54,975 bases of DNA from an uncultured Fibrobacterota bacterium (GTDB taxonomy: Bacteria > Fibrobacterota > Fibrobacteria > UBA5070). Under the pieces are notes generated by a model. It did not search any database. It saw only the letters and a program-made list of their open reading frames with translations, and was not told where the DNA came from. The stretch is from the NCBI GenBank assembly GCA_903825275.1, contig CAIKAA010000431.1, forward strand, positions 1-54,975, given 5' to 3'. Made by a program: the position numbers and the translations under genes. This document shows positions 16,532-26,505 of the stretch, piece after piece; position 1 is the first letter of the stretch, and each line of letters opens with the position of its first letter.

Positions 16532-18538
16532 TCATCTCCGCGACTTGCGCCCTTTGGCCGGGGCCTTGGCCTTCCCCAACGGAGCGGGCACTTCCTTGCG
16601 GCCCCGCGAACCACGAGATTTTTCCCCACTGGGCCTTCCGCTGGCGGCAGGCCTTGGGGCGGGTTTGGGAAGACCTTCGGAATCGCGGGGGACATCGGGC
16701 TCGAAATCCACCCAACCCTGGACCGGATCGGCCTGCGCCAAGCGCACCGTCACCACATCCCCGATCTTGAAACTCTTGCCGGTGCGACGTCCGCGAAGCT
16801 CCATTCGTTCTTCCAAATGCTCGTAGAAATCATCGGTCATGCGCCGCACGTGCATCATGCCTTCGGCCCATGGACTCTTGACCAGCAAAAAGACGCCGAT
16901 CGGTTCGACACCCGTGACCTCGGCTTCGAACACATCGCCGACGCGGTCTTTCAAAATCCAGGCAGCACAAGATTTGTTGCCCGATCGCTCGGCCTTCACG
17001 ACCGCGTCTTCGCGCCCGCTCACATGGGTCGCGAGCTTGCGCACGGTGGCGCTCCAGCGCGCGGTCACCTGCCCGGCCTGCAAGTATTCCTTGATGACGC
17101 GATGGGTCCACAGATCTGGATAGCGGCGAATGGGGCTGGTGTAGTGGGCGTAGTGCAACCATCCCAGCGCGAAGTGGCCGCGGCAGTCGGGGCTGTAGCG
17201 GGCTTTTTTCATGGAGCGGATGATCTTGCCTTGGAGCCCCGGCGGAATGATTCCGCTGGACAGGAGTTTGGCAAGCCATTCCTGGGCCTTGGGCCGAAGG
17301 TTGGTGTCGTCGCCCTGGTCGCCGCGAGCGGCGCTCCAGCGGGGAAGGTCGAGGGTGGCAGCCCAGTCGGAGATGATTCCCAAGGCCTCCATTTCGGGAG
17401 GTTCGTGAACCCGGTACAGGCCAGGTAGGCTCTTTTCTTCCAAAAAGGCGGCGCAGCAGCGATTGGCCGCCAACATCGCGTCTTCGATCCAACGATTGCT
17501 GGGAAGCCGCACACCGGGCTGGGCGTCGATGGGTTCGCCCGCCTTGTCGAACACCACCTTGGGCTCGGGAAGGTCGAAATCGATCAGGTTTTGGCGCTTG
17601 CGGCAGGCGAGCAAGGCTTCCGAGCAAGCCTTCAAGCGCTGGAGCGGGGCATCTCCGTTGTCGCACAGTTCCTGGGCCTGTTCGTAGGACAAGAACCGCC
17701 GCACCCGCACGATCGAATTGAAGAACTCGTAGGACAGAATCTGTCCTTCTGGAGAAATCATCATGCGGCAAGACAACGCCAGGCGATCCTTGCCGTCGAG
17801 CAACGAGCAAAGATCCGCCGCCAAGTTTTCGGGAAGCATGGTGACCGCGGTCCAGGGCAGGTAAGTGGTGAAGCCGCGCTTCACGGCTTGCTTGTCCAAC
17901 GGGCTGGATTCGGTCACGTAGTGGGACACGTCGGCGATGTGGACATCCAGCCGCCAGCCGCCCTCGGGAAGAGTTTCCACTCCCACCGCGTCGTCGTGGT
18001 CGTGGGCGTTCCAAGGGTCGATCGTGCAAACCTCGTCCCGTCGGCAATCTTTGCGCCCTTTGAAATCCTCGTCGGTGGGTTCGTGGTATTTCTCGGCCTG
18101 GTCCTTGACCGGTCGGGGGAACGGACCGGCGAGTTCGTGGGCGTCGGCAAACAACTTTTGGACCGACTTCCAACTGGGGCCGGTGTAGTTGTGCTTCCAA
18201 CCGTCCCCTTCGCGGGGGAGCTTGTCGGGAAGAGCCACCTTGGCTTGGCGGCGTCCGCTTTCCTTCTCGCGAGCCTCTGTTCGGGCCTGGTTTCGCTCGG
18301 CGCGGGTCGCTCGCTCGCGCACGGCGTGGATGCGATCCCGCGAGCCCAAGCGCAAGTGACCTTCGTCGATCAAATTCATCAAGGCGTCCTGGACGGCGGG
18401 AATCTGATCTTTGGGAACATTCAACAAATGGCGAAGATCGCGAAAGGTGCAAGCCTCGTAGCCTTCGGCATGCACGATCTCAAGGATTTCCTTCGGCCAG
18501 TTTCGCTTCTCGAGTTTTTGGTTCCAAGGCCCGGACAT
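16532..18538 (-). CDS. rnr: Ribonuclease R (RNB family 3'-5' exoribonuclease)
   Basis: RNB motifs DDAVGVE and HIADVSHYV, a C-terminal S1-like segment (VFEAEVTGVEPIGVFLLV), and a Lys/Arg/Pro-rich basic tail. Confidence 0.9.
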   Translation of the reverse strand: MSGPWNQKLEKRNWPKEILEIVHAEGYEACTFRDLRHLLNVPKDQIPAVQDALMNLIDEGHLRLGSRDRIHAVRERATRAERNQARTEAREKESGRRQAKVALPDKLPREGDGWKHNYTGPSWKSVQKLFADAHELAGPFPRPVKDQAEKYHEPTDEDFKGRKDCRRDEVCTIDPWNAHDHDDAVGVETLPEGGWRLDVHIADVSHYVTESSPLDKQAVKRGFTTYLPWTAVTMLPENLAADLCSLLDGKDRLALSCRMMISPEGQILSYEFFNSIVRVRRFLSYEQAQELCDNGDAPLQRLKACSEALLACRKRQNLIDFDLPEPKVVFDKAGEPIDAQPGVRLPSNRWIEDAMLAANRCCAAFLEEKSLPGLYRVHEPPEMEALGIISDWAATLDLPRWSAARGDQGDDTNLRPKAQEWLAKLLSSGIIPPGLQGKIIRSMKKARYSPDCRGHFALGWLHYAHYTSPIRRYPDLWTHRVIKEYLQAGQVTARWSATVRKLATHVSGREDAVVKAERSGNKSCAAWILKDRVGDVFEAEVTGVEPIGVFLLVKSPWAEGMMHVRRMTDDFYEHLEERMELRGRRTGKSFKIGDVVTVRLAQADPVQGWVDFEPDVPRDSEGLPKPAPRPAASGRPSGEKSRGSRGRKEVPAPLGKAKAPAKGRKSRR

Positions 18539-18616
18539 CGCGTCTCCTTTTTCGAGGTAGTTCCCTAGTCTACCATCCTTTTGCCCAAACCAACACCCCC
18601 TCTCCGACAGGGATTG

Positions 18617-19348
18617 TCAGGGTTTCCAATTCGGAGGGGGCATCCGACCAAGCTCTTCGCCACCATGCAGGGAATGGGATTTGACAGGACTTTGGCGGTC
18701 CAGTGGCTTCCATTGTTCCCACAAAACCCACGTGATGCGCTTGGTCCACTCCAGCAGGTGGGCCTTGAACATTTCCCGATCCCCCCAGGGCGCGTCCCAG
18801 CGCGCGTCGGGAGCTCCCCGAAAGAACCATTGGATCTTCCCCTGGGAAACTTTTTCGAAAATGGAAGCCGCGCGCCAGACATGGAATTCACTGGTGATCA
18901 CCACGGCGGTGTCGATCTTGCGCTCGCGGAAAAATGCGTCCATCATCCGCGCTTCCTCCATCGTGGAGGTGCAACTTGACCGCATTTCGACGATATGCTC
19001 CTTGTCCTTGCCGACCAAAGGAAGGTTGTGGACCCAAATCATGGAGAAGTAGACTCCCCCACCCAGCTCGACTCCCGAAACGATGAGAGTGTCGATCTTG
19101 CCTTGGCGCAACCAATCCAACCCGGAAGCGACGCGATAGCCGTCGGGTGATTGGCCATCGAGGATAAAGCCGTAGCGGGCGTGGGCCGGAAGCGGTCGTC
19201 TGGGGTTGGATGCTTTCCAGAATCCAACCATTCCCCAAAGAATCAGGAAGACGAGGATCCAAGACCAACGAATCCCGCGTTTGGGATGCCAAAGTTGAAA
19301 TTCTTTTCTCGGCTTGTAGGTCAGGGGCAAAGAGGAATGGACGGGCAT
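18617..19348 (-). CDS. YdcF/ElyC (DUF218) family protein
   Basis: N-terminal TM helix, then DTLIVSG ... TSTMEEARMMDAFFRERKIDTAVVITSEFHVWRA, typical of DUF218. Confidence 0.7.
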   Translation of the reverse strand: MPVHSSLPLTYKPRKEFQLWHPKRGIRWSWILVFLILWGMVGFWKASNPRRPLPAHARYGFILDGQSPDGYRVASGLDWLRQGKIDTLIVSGVELGGGVYFSMIWVHNLPLVGKDKEHIVEMRSSCTSTMEEARMMDAFFRERKIDTAVVITSEFHVWRAASIFEKVSQGKIQWFFRGAPDARWDAPWGDREMFKAHLLEWTKRITWVLWEQWKPLDRQSPVKSHSLHGGEELGRMPPPNWKP

Positions 19349-19351
19349 GGA

Positions 19352-21055
19352 TCAATTCCTGACAAGCAGTTGGAGGGCGTGATCGGTCGGCACCGTGGGT
19401 CTAAGGAGGAAGGTGGCGGTGGTGCCGCGGAAGTCGTACCAAAGTTCGGAAGCGATCCGGCGCACCAAGAAGACGCCTCGCCCGTGGTCCAACACCAGTC
19501 GCAACGGGTCCCGTGGATCGGGAAGGTTTTCGTGGTCAAACCCTGGTCCTTCGTCTTGGACCGCGAACAACAGCTCGTTGGCGCGGACCATCCAAGTGCA
19601 ACGAGCGGTTCCATCTTGCCGCTCTCCCAATCCGTGCACCAAGGCGTTCACGCAAAGTTCCGAAGCCGCCAGTTGGGCGCGGCGCGCATCCCGAGGGTTC
19701 CAGCCCATCTGGATCATTTCCTCCATCATCTTTTCCACCAAATCCCAGGCCGATTGGGAAGAATCGAAGGGGTGGATGGGAAACAGACTGGCTCGGGGAA
19801 ACCGATGGAAGATTGCCGGTCGCCCGGGACAGGAAGATTCGATGTCGATGCAAAGGAAGGTTTTGTCGTCTTCCCGGTCGTCATCCACCAAACCCGGATA
19901 CTCTTCTTCAAGATCCACCAGGACGGGAACCGGATCGCTTCCAATCGATGCGGCCAATCGCCCGAGGAACCCTTCGTAGCCCAACCGACGTCCGTCGGCA
20001 CCCGCCGCTTCGTAATACCCGTCGGTAAACAGACATATTCTGTCGCCCACGCGAAGGGTTTCCGTCTCTTCCCGGTAGGCGCCATTCTCCACGATTCCCA
20101 AAAACAGCCCTTTGGAGGCTAGGGACTTCCTGGTGCCGTCTTGGTGAAACACCACCGGACGCGGATGGGAAGCGCGACAATAGCAAAACTCCAAGGTTTC
20201 CAGATCCAGCACCCCGTAGAAGGCCGTGACATAGTGACCCAACGCCAGGGAACGCCGCAGATCTCGGTTCATTCCTTCGAACACCGAGGCGGGCGAAGCG
20301 GTGGGCGAGGCGTGGTTGAGAAAGCTCATGCGGACCAAAGCGGCCTCGAAAGCGGCAGGCAACCCGTGACCGGAAACATCCGCCACAAACAAGCCCAAAT
20401 GGGTTTCATCCAGCTCAACCACATCGTACAGATCTCCACCCACTGGACGCGAGGGGAGGTAACGGACATTGAACGACAAGCCCTCGAGCTGGGGCAATTC
20501 GCGAGGCAGCAAGCCTTGCTGGATTTCGCGGGCCATCTCCAGTTCGCCTTGCAGGGCGTCTGTCAATCGCCCCAACGCCTCGTTGCGATCGATCAGTTGC
20601 TTGCGGGCTGAGGAAAGATCCGTGACGTCGCGCAGCCGCATGACGGCTTCTTCGGCGGTGTCCTTGGTGGTTTGCAAAGGGAAGACGTGGACTTCCAGGG
20701 TTTGGACCGGATTTCCGTCCCAGACGATTTCCATGGGACCCAACGGACGGCGTTCCACCAAACAGGCTTGGAACAGGGAGTGGGCCGAAGACAAAAGCGG
20801 CGCCACCTCCGGTAGTCCTTTGCCAACAATCTCGGAATAAGACCTTCCCACCAGATCGGAGAAGGCTCGGTTGACCCGCAAGATCCGCAAGTTGCCATCA
20901 GCCACCACCATGGGGTCGACGTGATCAAAAACTGCCTCGAGGTGTTTTTTGGATTGCTTGACCCGCTTTCCCACCACCCAAGCAATTCCCGAAAGAAGGC
21001 ACCCAGCCACTCCGATCCCAAAACCAGCCAGATGAAAGGGAAAGGGGAAATTCAT
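19352..21055 (-). CDS. Membrane-anchored PAS - PP2C (SpoIIE-type) phosphatase - RsbW-like HATPase fusion
   Basis: Start MNFPFPFHLAGFGIGVAGCLL (ATG 21055, overlapping the rimI stop). PAS segment: DPMVVADGNLRILRVNRAFSDLVG. SpoIIE segment: AREIQQGLLP ... VGGDLYD ... FVADVSGHGLPAA ... LFTDG. C-terminal anti-sigma-kinase-like segment: ELCVNALVHG ... DEGPGFD ... GRGVFLVRR. Confidence 0.8.
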   Translation of the reverse strand: MNFPFPFHLAGFGIGVAGCLLSGIAWVVGKRVKQSKKHLEAVFDHVDPMVVADGNLRILRVNRAFSDLVGRSYSEIVGKGLPEVAPLLSSAHSLFQACLVERRPLGPMEIVWDGNPVQTLEVHVFPLQTTKDTAEEAVMRLRDVTDLSSARKQLIDRNEALGRLTDALQGELEMAREIQQGLLPRELPQLEGLSFNVRYLPSRPVGGDLYDVVELDETHLGLFVADVSGHGLPAAFEAALVRMSFLNHASPTASPASVFEGMNRDLRRSLALGHYVTAFYGVLDLETLEFCYCRASHPRPVVFHQDGTRKSLASKGLFLGIVENGAYREETETLRVGDRICLFTDGYYEAAGADGRRLGYEGFLGRLAASIGSDPVPVLVDLEEEYPGLVDDDREDDKTFLCIDIESSCPGRPAIFHRFPRASLFPIHPFDSSQSAWDLVEKMMEEMIQMGWNPRDARRAQLAASELCVNALVHGLGERQDGTARCTWMVRANELLFAVQDEGPGFDHENLPDPRDPLRLVLDHGRGVFLVRRIASELWYDFRGTTATFLLRPTVPTDHALQLLVRN

Positions 21056-21534
21056 TCGGGGTTCGATCGAGAGGGGACTAGATCGGCAAAGAACAAACTG
21101 GCGTCTTCCCCATTGTCGGCATAATACCCGCGTCGGACTCCGACCTTGCGATAGCCCAGCGACTCGTACAGGGAAACCGCGGCGACATTCCCCGAGCGAA
21201 CTTCCAAATGGGCCGCGGTGGCACCTCTGTTGGACGCCCACTGATGGGCTTGTTGCAACATTCCCCGGCCCAGGCCGCGGCGGCGCAATTCGGGGTCCAC
21301 GCCAATGGTTCCGATGTGGAGTTCATCGACGACCAGCCAAGCGCACAAATACCCGACCACACCGATTTCGGGATCTTCGAGGACTCTGGAATATCCAGCC
21401 TCGCCCCGAGAAAGCTCGTCGCGAAAATGCCCAATGTTCCAGGCATTTCCCTGACAGGCCTTGTCCAGCATGACCACTGGCGGCAAATCGGTTTCTTCCA
21501 TGCGACGCCAGCGCAGTTGGGTTGTCCGATTCAT
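21052..21534 (-). CDS. rimI: GNAT N-acetyltransferase, RimI-like
   Basis: IGVDPELRRRGLGRGMLQQ acetyl-CoA motif and VSLYESLGYRKVGVRRGYY. ATG 21534 overlaps the upstream stop. About 160 aa. Confidence 0.7.
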   Translation of the reverse strand: MNRTTQLRWRRMEETDLPPVVMLDKACQGNAWNIGHFRDELSRGEAGYSRVLEDPEIGVVGYLCAWLVVDELHIGTIGVDPELRRRGLGRGMLQQAHQWASNRGATAAHLEVRSGNVAAVSLYESLGYRKVGVRRGYYADNGEDASLFFADLVPSRSNPE

Positions 21535-22523
21535 CGGGTTGCCCCGCAAAGCAGTCGCACCCGCCCCATGTGTGTCACACTCAGACGCCCATGGGACAAC
21601 AGGTCCGAGCGGCCTTCGCCATCGATCTGAAGGGCATTGGCCCCAGTCCAGGTCGCCTCGAAGGACCGCACCTGCCAACTGGGGATGCGCCGTTGCAGGA
21701 AGGAATGCAGGCGAATCGAGGGGCCCGATAGCGCCAAGGCCAAGTAATTCCAAAGGTTTGGAATCGCCAAAACGGTCAACATGCCATCGTCCGACCGGTT
21801 TTTGGGAGGACGCAGCATTCCACTGGCGTAAGATCCGATGTTCATGGCCAAAAAGGCCCGAAATCCACCCAATGATCGTTGCAAAATCGACCCGTCGGAA
21901 AGCGTCAATCGAACTTCGAAATCACGAGGAAGCCGTCGCGAAAGACATTGGAATCCGGCCTGGGCAAACCGCAGCTTGTTCCCGAGGATGGTGTGGCGAG
22001 ATTCCGACAAATCTCGTCGGCTCGCAAACGTTTCGGTCACCCATCCATCGGCGCCGATCGACAGGTAATTCGCCATCACGACGGAGTCGCCCACCTGCCA
22101 AAGGTCCAAGGGCGCGACCTGGTCTTGCAACAACGATTCCACCAGGGGCTTGAGCCCCCTTTTGGCGAAGACGCTCAACAGATTGAGCTCGCGTGCCAAG
22201 TCGTTGCCTGTCCCCAACGGAATCACTCCTAAGGCCGCCTCGGAGTTCGCGGAAAGCCGCAATCCCTGCAATGCCTGCCCTATTGTGCCATCTCCGCCGG
22301 CCACGATCAAGCGGTCCACCGATTCCAAAAGCCCTTTGACCTGCTCGACCACTCTGCCATTGGAGGTGACCTCTCGGGTCCAATGGTCCTCGGAAAGCCC
22401 CAATTCCTCTAAAACTCGAGGCAGCTCGTCATAGACCGACCGTCCGATGCCGCTGCCGGAAACGGGGTTGATCAAAAAAGCGTATCGATGGCTTTTTGGC
22501 TCATGAGGAGAGGCTGGAGTCAT
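21531..22523 (-). CDS. Diacylglycerol/lipid kinase (YegS/DagK catalytic-domain family)
   Basis: FLINPVSGSG, IVAGGDGTIG and PLGTGNDLAREL motifs. Confidence 0.8.
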   Translation of the reverse strand: MTPASPHEPKSHRYAFLINPVSGSGIGRSVYDELPRVLEELGLSEDHWTREVTSNGRVVEQVKGLLESVDRLIVAGGDGTIGQALQGLRLSANSEAALGVIPLGTGNDLARELNLLSVFAKRGLKPLVESLLQDQVAPLDLWQVGDSVVMANYLSIGADGWVTETFASRRDLSESRHTILGNKLRFAQAGFQCLSRRLPRDFEVRLTLSDGSILQRSLGGFRAFLAMNIGSYASGMLRPPKNRSDDGMLTVLAIPNLWNYLALALSGPSIRLHSFLQRRIPSWQVRSFEATWTGANALQIDGEGRSDLLSHGRLSVTHMGRVRLLCGATR

Positions 22524-22571
22524 GTTGGGCTATGCAACGATACAACAATCCGTGCGCCTATTGGGGAATCC

Positions 22572-24188
22572 TCACTTCACCGAGTACACACTCCCCAACC
22601 AATTCGCCAGCGCATCGGCATCGCGAAGGCCGGTGTCGAGGCGAAAGGCGGTGGAATTTTTGAGGGCGGTGCCGCCGTCACCGCCGCCGGCCAGGTAGCT
22701 GTTGGTGGCGATCCGCACTGTGTCGGAATCGGCGATTGGGTTGGTCGATCCTTCCAAACTCATGCCTTCGATTCGTCCCTCTACATCGCGGAGAATTTTT
22801 GCGCCCGCCAAGCCAACTTGGTGGCCGTCGTGGGAAGAGAGGACTCGCACCGCTTGGACCAAATCCTTGCCGGATAGCGTCAAGACGATCACCGTATTGC
22901 CAAAAGGTGCCACCCGCAACACCGCCTCACGGGTGACGATCCCCGCTTGAAGGTCGTCGCGCACTCCCCCGGCGTTCATCAATCCCACTTTGGCTCCCCA
23001 TTTGGAACCTGCCTGCTTCAGCGATTGGGCGCAGAACTGGAGCAAGGCGCCGTCCTTACCGCGAGCCAAGGCCTCAGGGAGCGTCGCGACCGGCAACTTG
23101 CGAAGCTGCTCCAGGGGCGAAGCAAGCTGGGCCAGAAGGGCCGCCATGGCCGAATCCGGCGGCAGAAATTGGACCGCGCCCGTGCTGGACCAAAGATGTT
23201 TCAAGCGCAATGCCGTGGTGTCGGGGAGAAGTTTTCCATTGGACCTCAGCGTGTCCGAGGCGGGTAGGAAGGGATGACCTTCCCAGGAGACGGCCTGGCC
23301 CTCGCGGTCAAAAGCCACCTCCAGGACCCCCATTTCCTTCCCCCATTCCCACGACTGGACCACGGGAACCGATCTTCCCCCGTTGGCTTTGACCACCACG
23401 GGATACGGCAACGGCGTGAACAATCCCACCTCGTCGAAGACCTTTCCCATTCGTGTGTGAGAATGCCCACCCACGACCACCGAGACCCCCTTCAACTTCC
23501 TGGCCAGAACGGTGTCGATCTCGATCCCTTCGTGGGAAAGCAAGATCACGATCGAGGCCCCAAGCAAGCGAACCGAATCGACAGTGGATTGGACGGCAAA
23601 GCCCGAAAGGAACTTCAGGTTCGGGCCGGGGGACGAAATTCCAGGAGTCTCGCTTTGGGCCACTCCGACGATGGCGATCTTGCGCCCTCCCCTATCCAGA
23701 ACAACGGCCGGACGGATTTTGTCGCGAAGTGCGGGTTCCTGGGAAACCGAAAGGTTTGCGGCCACCGCCGGGGTGTGGAGGGAATCCAGGAAATGCCCCA
23801 GAACCACCGGACCCTGGTCGAATTCGTGGTTGCCGGGAACGAAGGCGTCAAATCCCAATCGGTCCAACACGGCGGCGTCGGCCAATCCCTTGTAGACGGA
23901 AAACCACGGTGTTCCCGTGAACTCATCGCCCGCATGCAGGAACAGTTTGTTGCCGGGCAAGCCCCGCAATCGCTGGAAGGCCGTGGCCAGACGGCTCGCC
24001 CCACCAGCTTGCAATTGAACCGACGGCTCGCCATCGAGTTTTACCATCGACGGATCCAGGTGGGCGTGGATGTCGTTGACATGAACGATGGTCAGACGGA
24101 AATTGTCGTCGGCGAAACTGGCGGCGATCAAACACATTAAGACAAGGACGGACCGGTTGAAAACGGCGACGGTCGAATTTGATTTCAT
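22572..24188 (-). CDS. Secreted bifunctional metallophosphatase / 5'-nucleotidase (UshA/NadN family)
   Basis: VNDIHAH, GDEFTG and GNHEFD motifs. Start chosen at MKSNSTVAVFNRSVLVLMCLIAASFA (signal peptide), which avoids overlap with ORF 24215..24526. Confidence 0.85.
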   Translation of the reverse strand: MKSNSTVAVFNRSVLVLMCLIAASFADDNFRLTIVHVNDIHAHLDPSMVKLDGEPSVQLQAGGASRLATAFQRLRGLPGNKLFLHAGDEFTGTPWFSVYKGLADAAVLDRLGFDAFVPGNHEFDQGPVVLGHFLDSLHTPAVAANLSVSQEPALRDKIRPAVVLDRGGRKIAIVGVAQSETPGISSPGPNLKFLSGFAVQSTVDSVRLLGASIVILLSHEGIEIDTVLARKLKGVSVVVGGHSHTRMGKVFDEVGLFTPLPYPVVVKANGGRSVPVVQSWEWGKEMGVLEVAFDREGQAVSWEGHPFLPASDTLRSNGKLLPDTTALRLKHLWSSTGAVQFLPPDSAMAALLAQLASPLEQLRKLPVATLPEALARGKDGALLQFCAQSLKQAGSKWGAKVGLMNAGGVRDDLQAGIVTREAVLRVAPFGNTVIVLTLSGKDLVQAVRVLSSHDGHQVGLAGAKILRDVEGRIEGMSLEGSTNPIADSDTVRIATNSYLAGGGDGGTALKNSTAFRLDTGLRDADALANWLGSVYSVK

Positions 24189-24214
24189 CAGGATGTGTTC
24201 GAACTGGTGTCGTT

Positions 24215-24526
24215 TCATGCGCCTTTTGCTTCCTTCCAAACCTTCCAGCGTTCGCGGGGATCCATACAACCTGCGAACGGACTCACTTGGCGCAAATCCT
24301 TCGCCTCCTGGGAATCGGAAGTCATGACCTCGACCAATTGGTTGGTGGGCGCTTCCAAAAGCAGCGCCCATTTTGAAGCGTATTCCCTATGGATCCGGTT
24401 GTCGACCACCCAGCGAGCCAGGGTGGTGCGTGCCTGTGCCACAATGGACAAATCCTGACCAATCCGACTGGCTAGAATCCGGTGCACCTGGCGACTGCGT
24501 TCTTGTCCCAACTGGTGGAGGTCCAT
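24215..24526 (-). CDS. Conserved-looking hypothetical protein (103 aa)
   Basis: Fits exactly between nadE (20-nt gap) and the nucleotidase (26-nt gap) on the same strand. Helical, charged sequence ...ARWVVDNRIHREYASKWALLLEAPTNQLVEVMTSDSQEAKDLRQVSPFAG... No family recognised. Confidence 0.5.
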   Translation of the reverse strand: MDLHQLGQERSRQVHRILASRIGQDLSIVAQARTTLARWVVDNRIHREYASKWALLLEAPTNQLVEVMTSDSQEAKDLRQVSPFAGCMDPRERWKVWKEAKGA

Positions 24527-24546
24527 GCTGCGAATCTACCCTTTCT

Positions 24547-26505
24547 TCACAACCCCATCTCGCGCAATTCTTCCTCGAAACCACCCGACAGGATCGGGAA
24601 GCGAGTCCCTGACCGGGGATCCAGGTCGTGGCGATCCAGGTGGAAGCTGGGCGCGTAGCGTTCCCGCTTCCATTGGTTGCGGGTCCACAACCGAAAGAAG
24701 CGAGCGATCCAGGATTTCAGACGTGGATCTTGGGACCAGGGCGGTTCGATGGCCAATTCTCGCAAACATTGGGTCGGAGACTTCCGGTCGCGGATGGCCA
24801 GACCTTCCAGCCGCGAGAGCAAAGCATAGGGCATCAGATCGGCTTCGTCGGTCTGTTCGGCCTCGCCCGTCTTTCGGGGACGCAGTTCGGCGGTCGGGAT
24901 TTGGGCGGTGATGCACGACAAGAACTTCAGGGGAGCGATCCCCGCCAACCCTTCCGTTTCCAAAACCGACAACCATCCCAGAAGAAAGAATTTGTCGATC
25001 CCCGCCAAGGGAGACAAGGAACCCGCCGTGTCGCCATCCATGGTGGCGTAGCCCACGGCCATCTCCGACCGGTTGGAGGTGGTGATCAACAAGCGCCCCA
25101 TCGCATTGGCCAACATCCACACGCTGGGCGCTCTCACCCGGGCCTGCACATTCTGGAGCGTGATGTCGTCATGTTCCCATGACAATTTCCGTCCCAGCGC
25201 GATTTCGGCGATGGAGCGATACCCTTCCACCAAAAGATCGACATCCCAGGCATGGAAGTCCGCACCGGTTCCCTGGGCGACGGACATCGCCGCCTCTTTG
25301 GTCACGCTTCCGGAATTGCGGGTGGCTTGGTAGGCGCAGACCAAAAGGGCACCGGTCAAATGGTTCGCGTCGAGGGCCTGTTCCGGAAGTTTTAGCCAGG
25401 AAAGCTGGCGTCGGACAGCCAGTTCTCCCAACTCTTCCAACGCCCAATGGCACGCCAAATGGACCAACACCGCGCAAGCGGCGGAATCGGCTCCACCCGA
25501 AAGCGAGAGCACGAATCCGTTGGAGCGCGACTTGCGCAAATAATCCCAAAGCCCCAAGGCCGTGGCACGCCCAAATTCGGTGTAGGGGTTGATCGCCACG
25601 ACCCGAACCGACGCCTGGGCCACTTCCACCGATTCCGGTGCGGGAAGATCCAAGACCGTCAGAGGAGGGGGGATTCGATCGATGGGATGGCCACTGACCG
25701 CGCGATGGGTACGGATCTCTTCTAGATCGACATCGGCCGTGATGACGGAAATCGGCGAAAAGGGAAGCCGTGGACTTTCGGACAAAATCCGTCCACAACT
25801 GGCGATGCGGCACGAAGCGTCGTAGATCACGCGGCCCGATTCGTTTCCCGAAAGGTTGGCCCAGACATAAGCCACCCCCAGCGAACGCGAGCCATCGGCC
25901 ACCAGCCGCGCACGCAGCTCATCCTTGCCCAAGGCGAAATGGGACGCGCTGGGGGACAGCACGAGATCGCAACTTCCTGCGGCCAATTCCAATCCCGGTC
26001 GGCTGGCGGCCCAGGCGTCTTCGCAAATCTCAAACCCCAAGCGAATGCCGGCCCATTCAAAAATCTGGTCGCCAACCGGACATCCCAGATCGGGATGAAC
26101 CTCCACGCTGCCTGGTTTCCAAGAAGTGAACCAGCGCGGTTCGTAATGGATCCCCTCGCGGGCGAGGTGGCGCTTGCAGGCGATCCCATGGATGCTGCCG
26201 TTGCCCACCAAGGCACAGGCGTTGTACACCCGACCCCGCAATCGCAACGGAAACCCGCAGGCGACCAACATCCCATCCGGAATTCTCAAGCCAATTTCTG
26301 TCAAGGCTTTCATGGCGCGTTCGGGGACCCAGGAAGACAAGAACATGTCTTCGCATCCATACCCGGACAAGCAAAGTTCGGGAAGAACCAGAATGTGGGC
26401 TCCGGCTTCGCGTGCCTTGACCGCGGCTTCCAGACAAAGCGCCATGTTGCCTTTGAAATCAAGGGGTGTGGTGGCCACCGAGGCGGCGGCAAGTCGGAGG
26501 ATCAT
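24547..26505 (-). CDS. nadE: Glutamine-dependent NAD+ synthetase
   Basis: N-terminal CN-hydrolase domain (ILVLPELCLSGYGCED) plus PP-loop synthetase domain (VLSLSGGADSAACA). 652 aa. Confidence 0.9.
   Translation of the reverse strand: MILRLAAASVATTPLDFKGNMALCLEAAVKAREAGAHILVLPELCLSGYGCEDMFLSSWVPERAMKALTEIGLRIPDGMLVACGFPLRLRGRVYNACALVGNGSIHGIACKRHLAREGIHYEPRWFTSWKPGSVEVHPDLGCPVGDQIFEWAGIRLGFEICEDAWAASRPGLELAAGSCDLVLSPSASHFALGKDELRARLVADGSRSLGVAYVWANLSGNESGRVIYDASCRIASCGRILSESPRLPFSPISVITADVDLEEIRTHRAVSGHPIDRIPPPLTVLDLPAPESVEVAQASVRVVAINPYTEFGRATALGLWDYLRKSRSNGFVLSLSGGADSAACAVLVHLACHWALEELGELAVRRQLSWLKLPEQALDANHLTGALLVCAYQATRNSGSVTKEAAMSVAQGTGADFHAWDVDLLVEGYRSIAEIALGRKLSWEHDDITLQNVQARVRAPSVWMLANAMGRLLITTSNRSEMAVGYATMDGDTAGSLSPLAGIDKFFLLGWLSVLETEGLAGIAPLKFLSCITAQIPTAELRPRKTGEAEQTDEADLMPYALLSRLEGLAIRDRKSPTQCLRELAIEPPWSQDPRLKSWIARFFRLWTRNQWKRERYAPSFHLDRHDLDPRSGTRFPILSGGFEEELREMGL

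Noticed and set aside
18595-18640. CCCCCTC(TC)CGA ... TCGGAGGGGG inverted repeat spanning the ydcF stop, upstream of rnr.
   Set aside because: It has a long 23-nt loop, one arm inside coding sequence and no clear U-tract. It is plausible as an mRNA processing or attenuation element, but the sequence alone does not support it.
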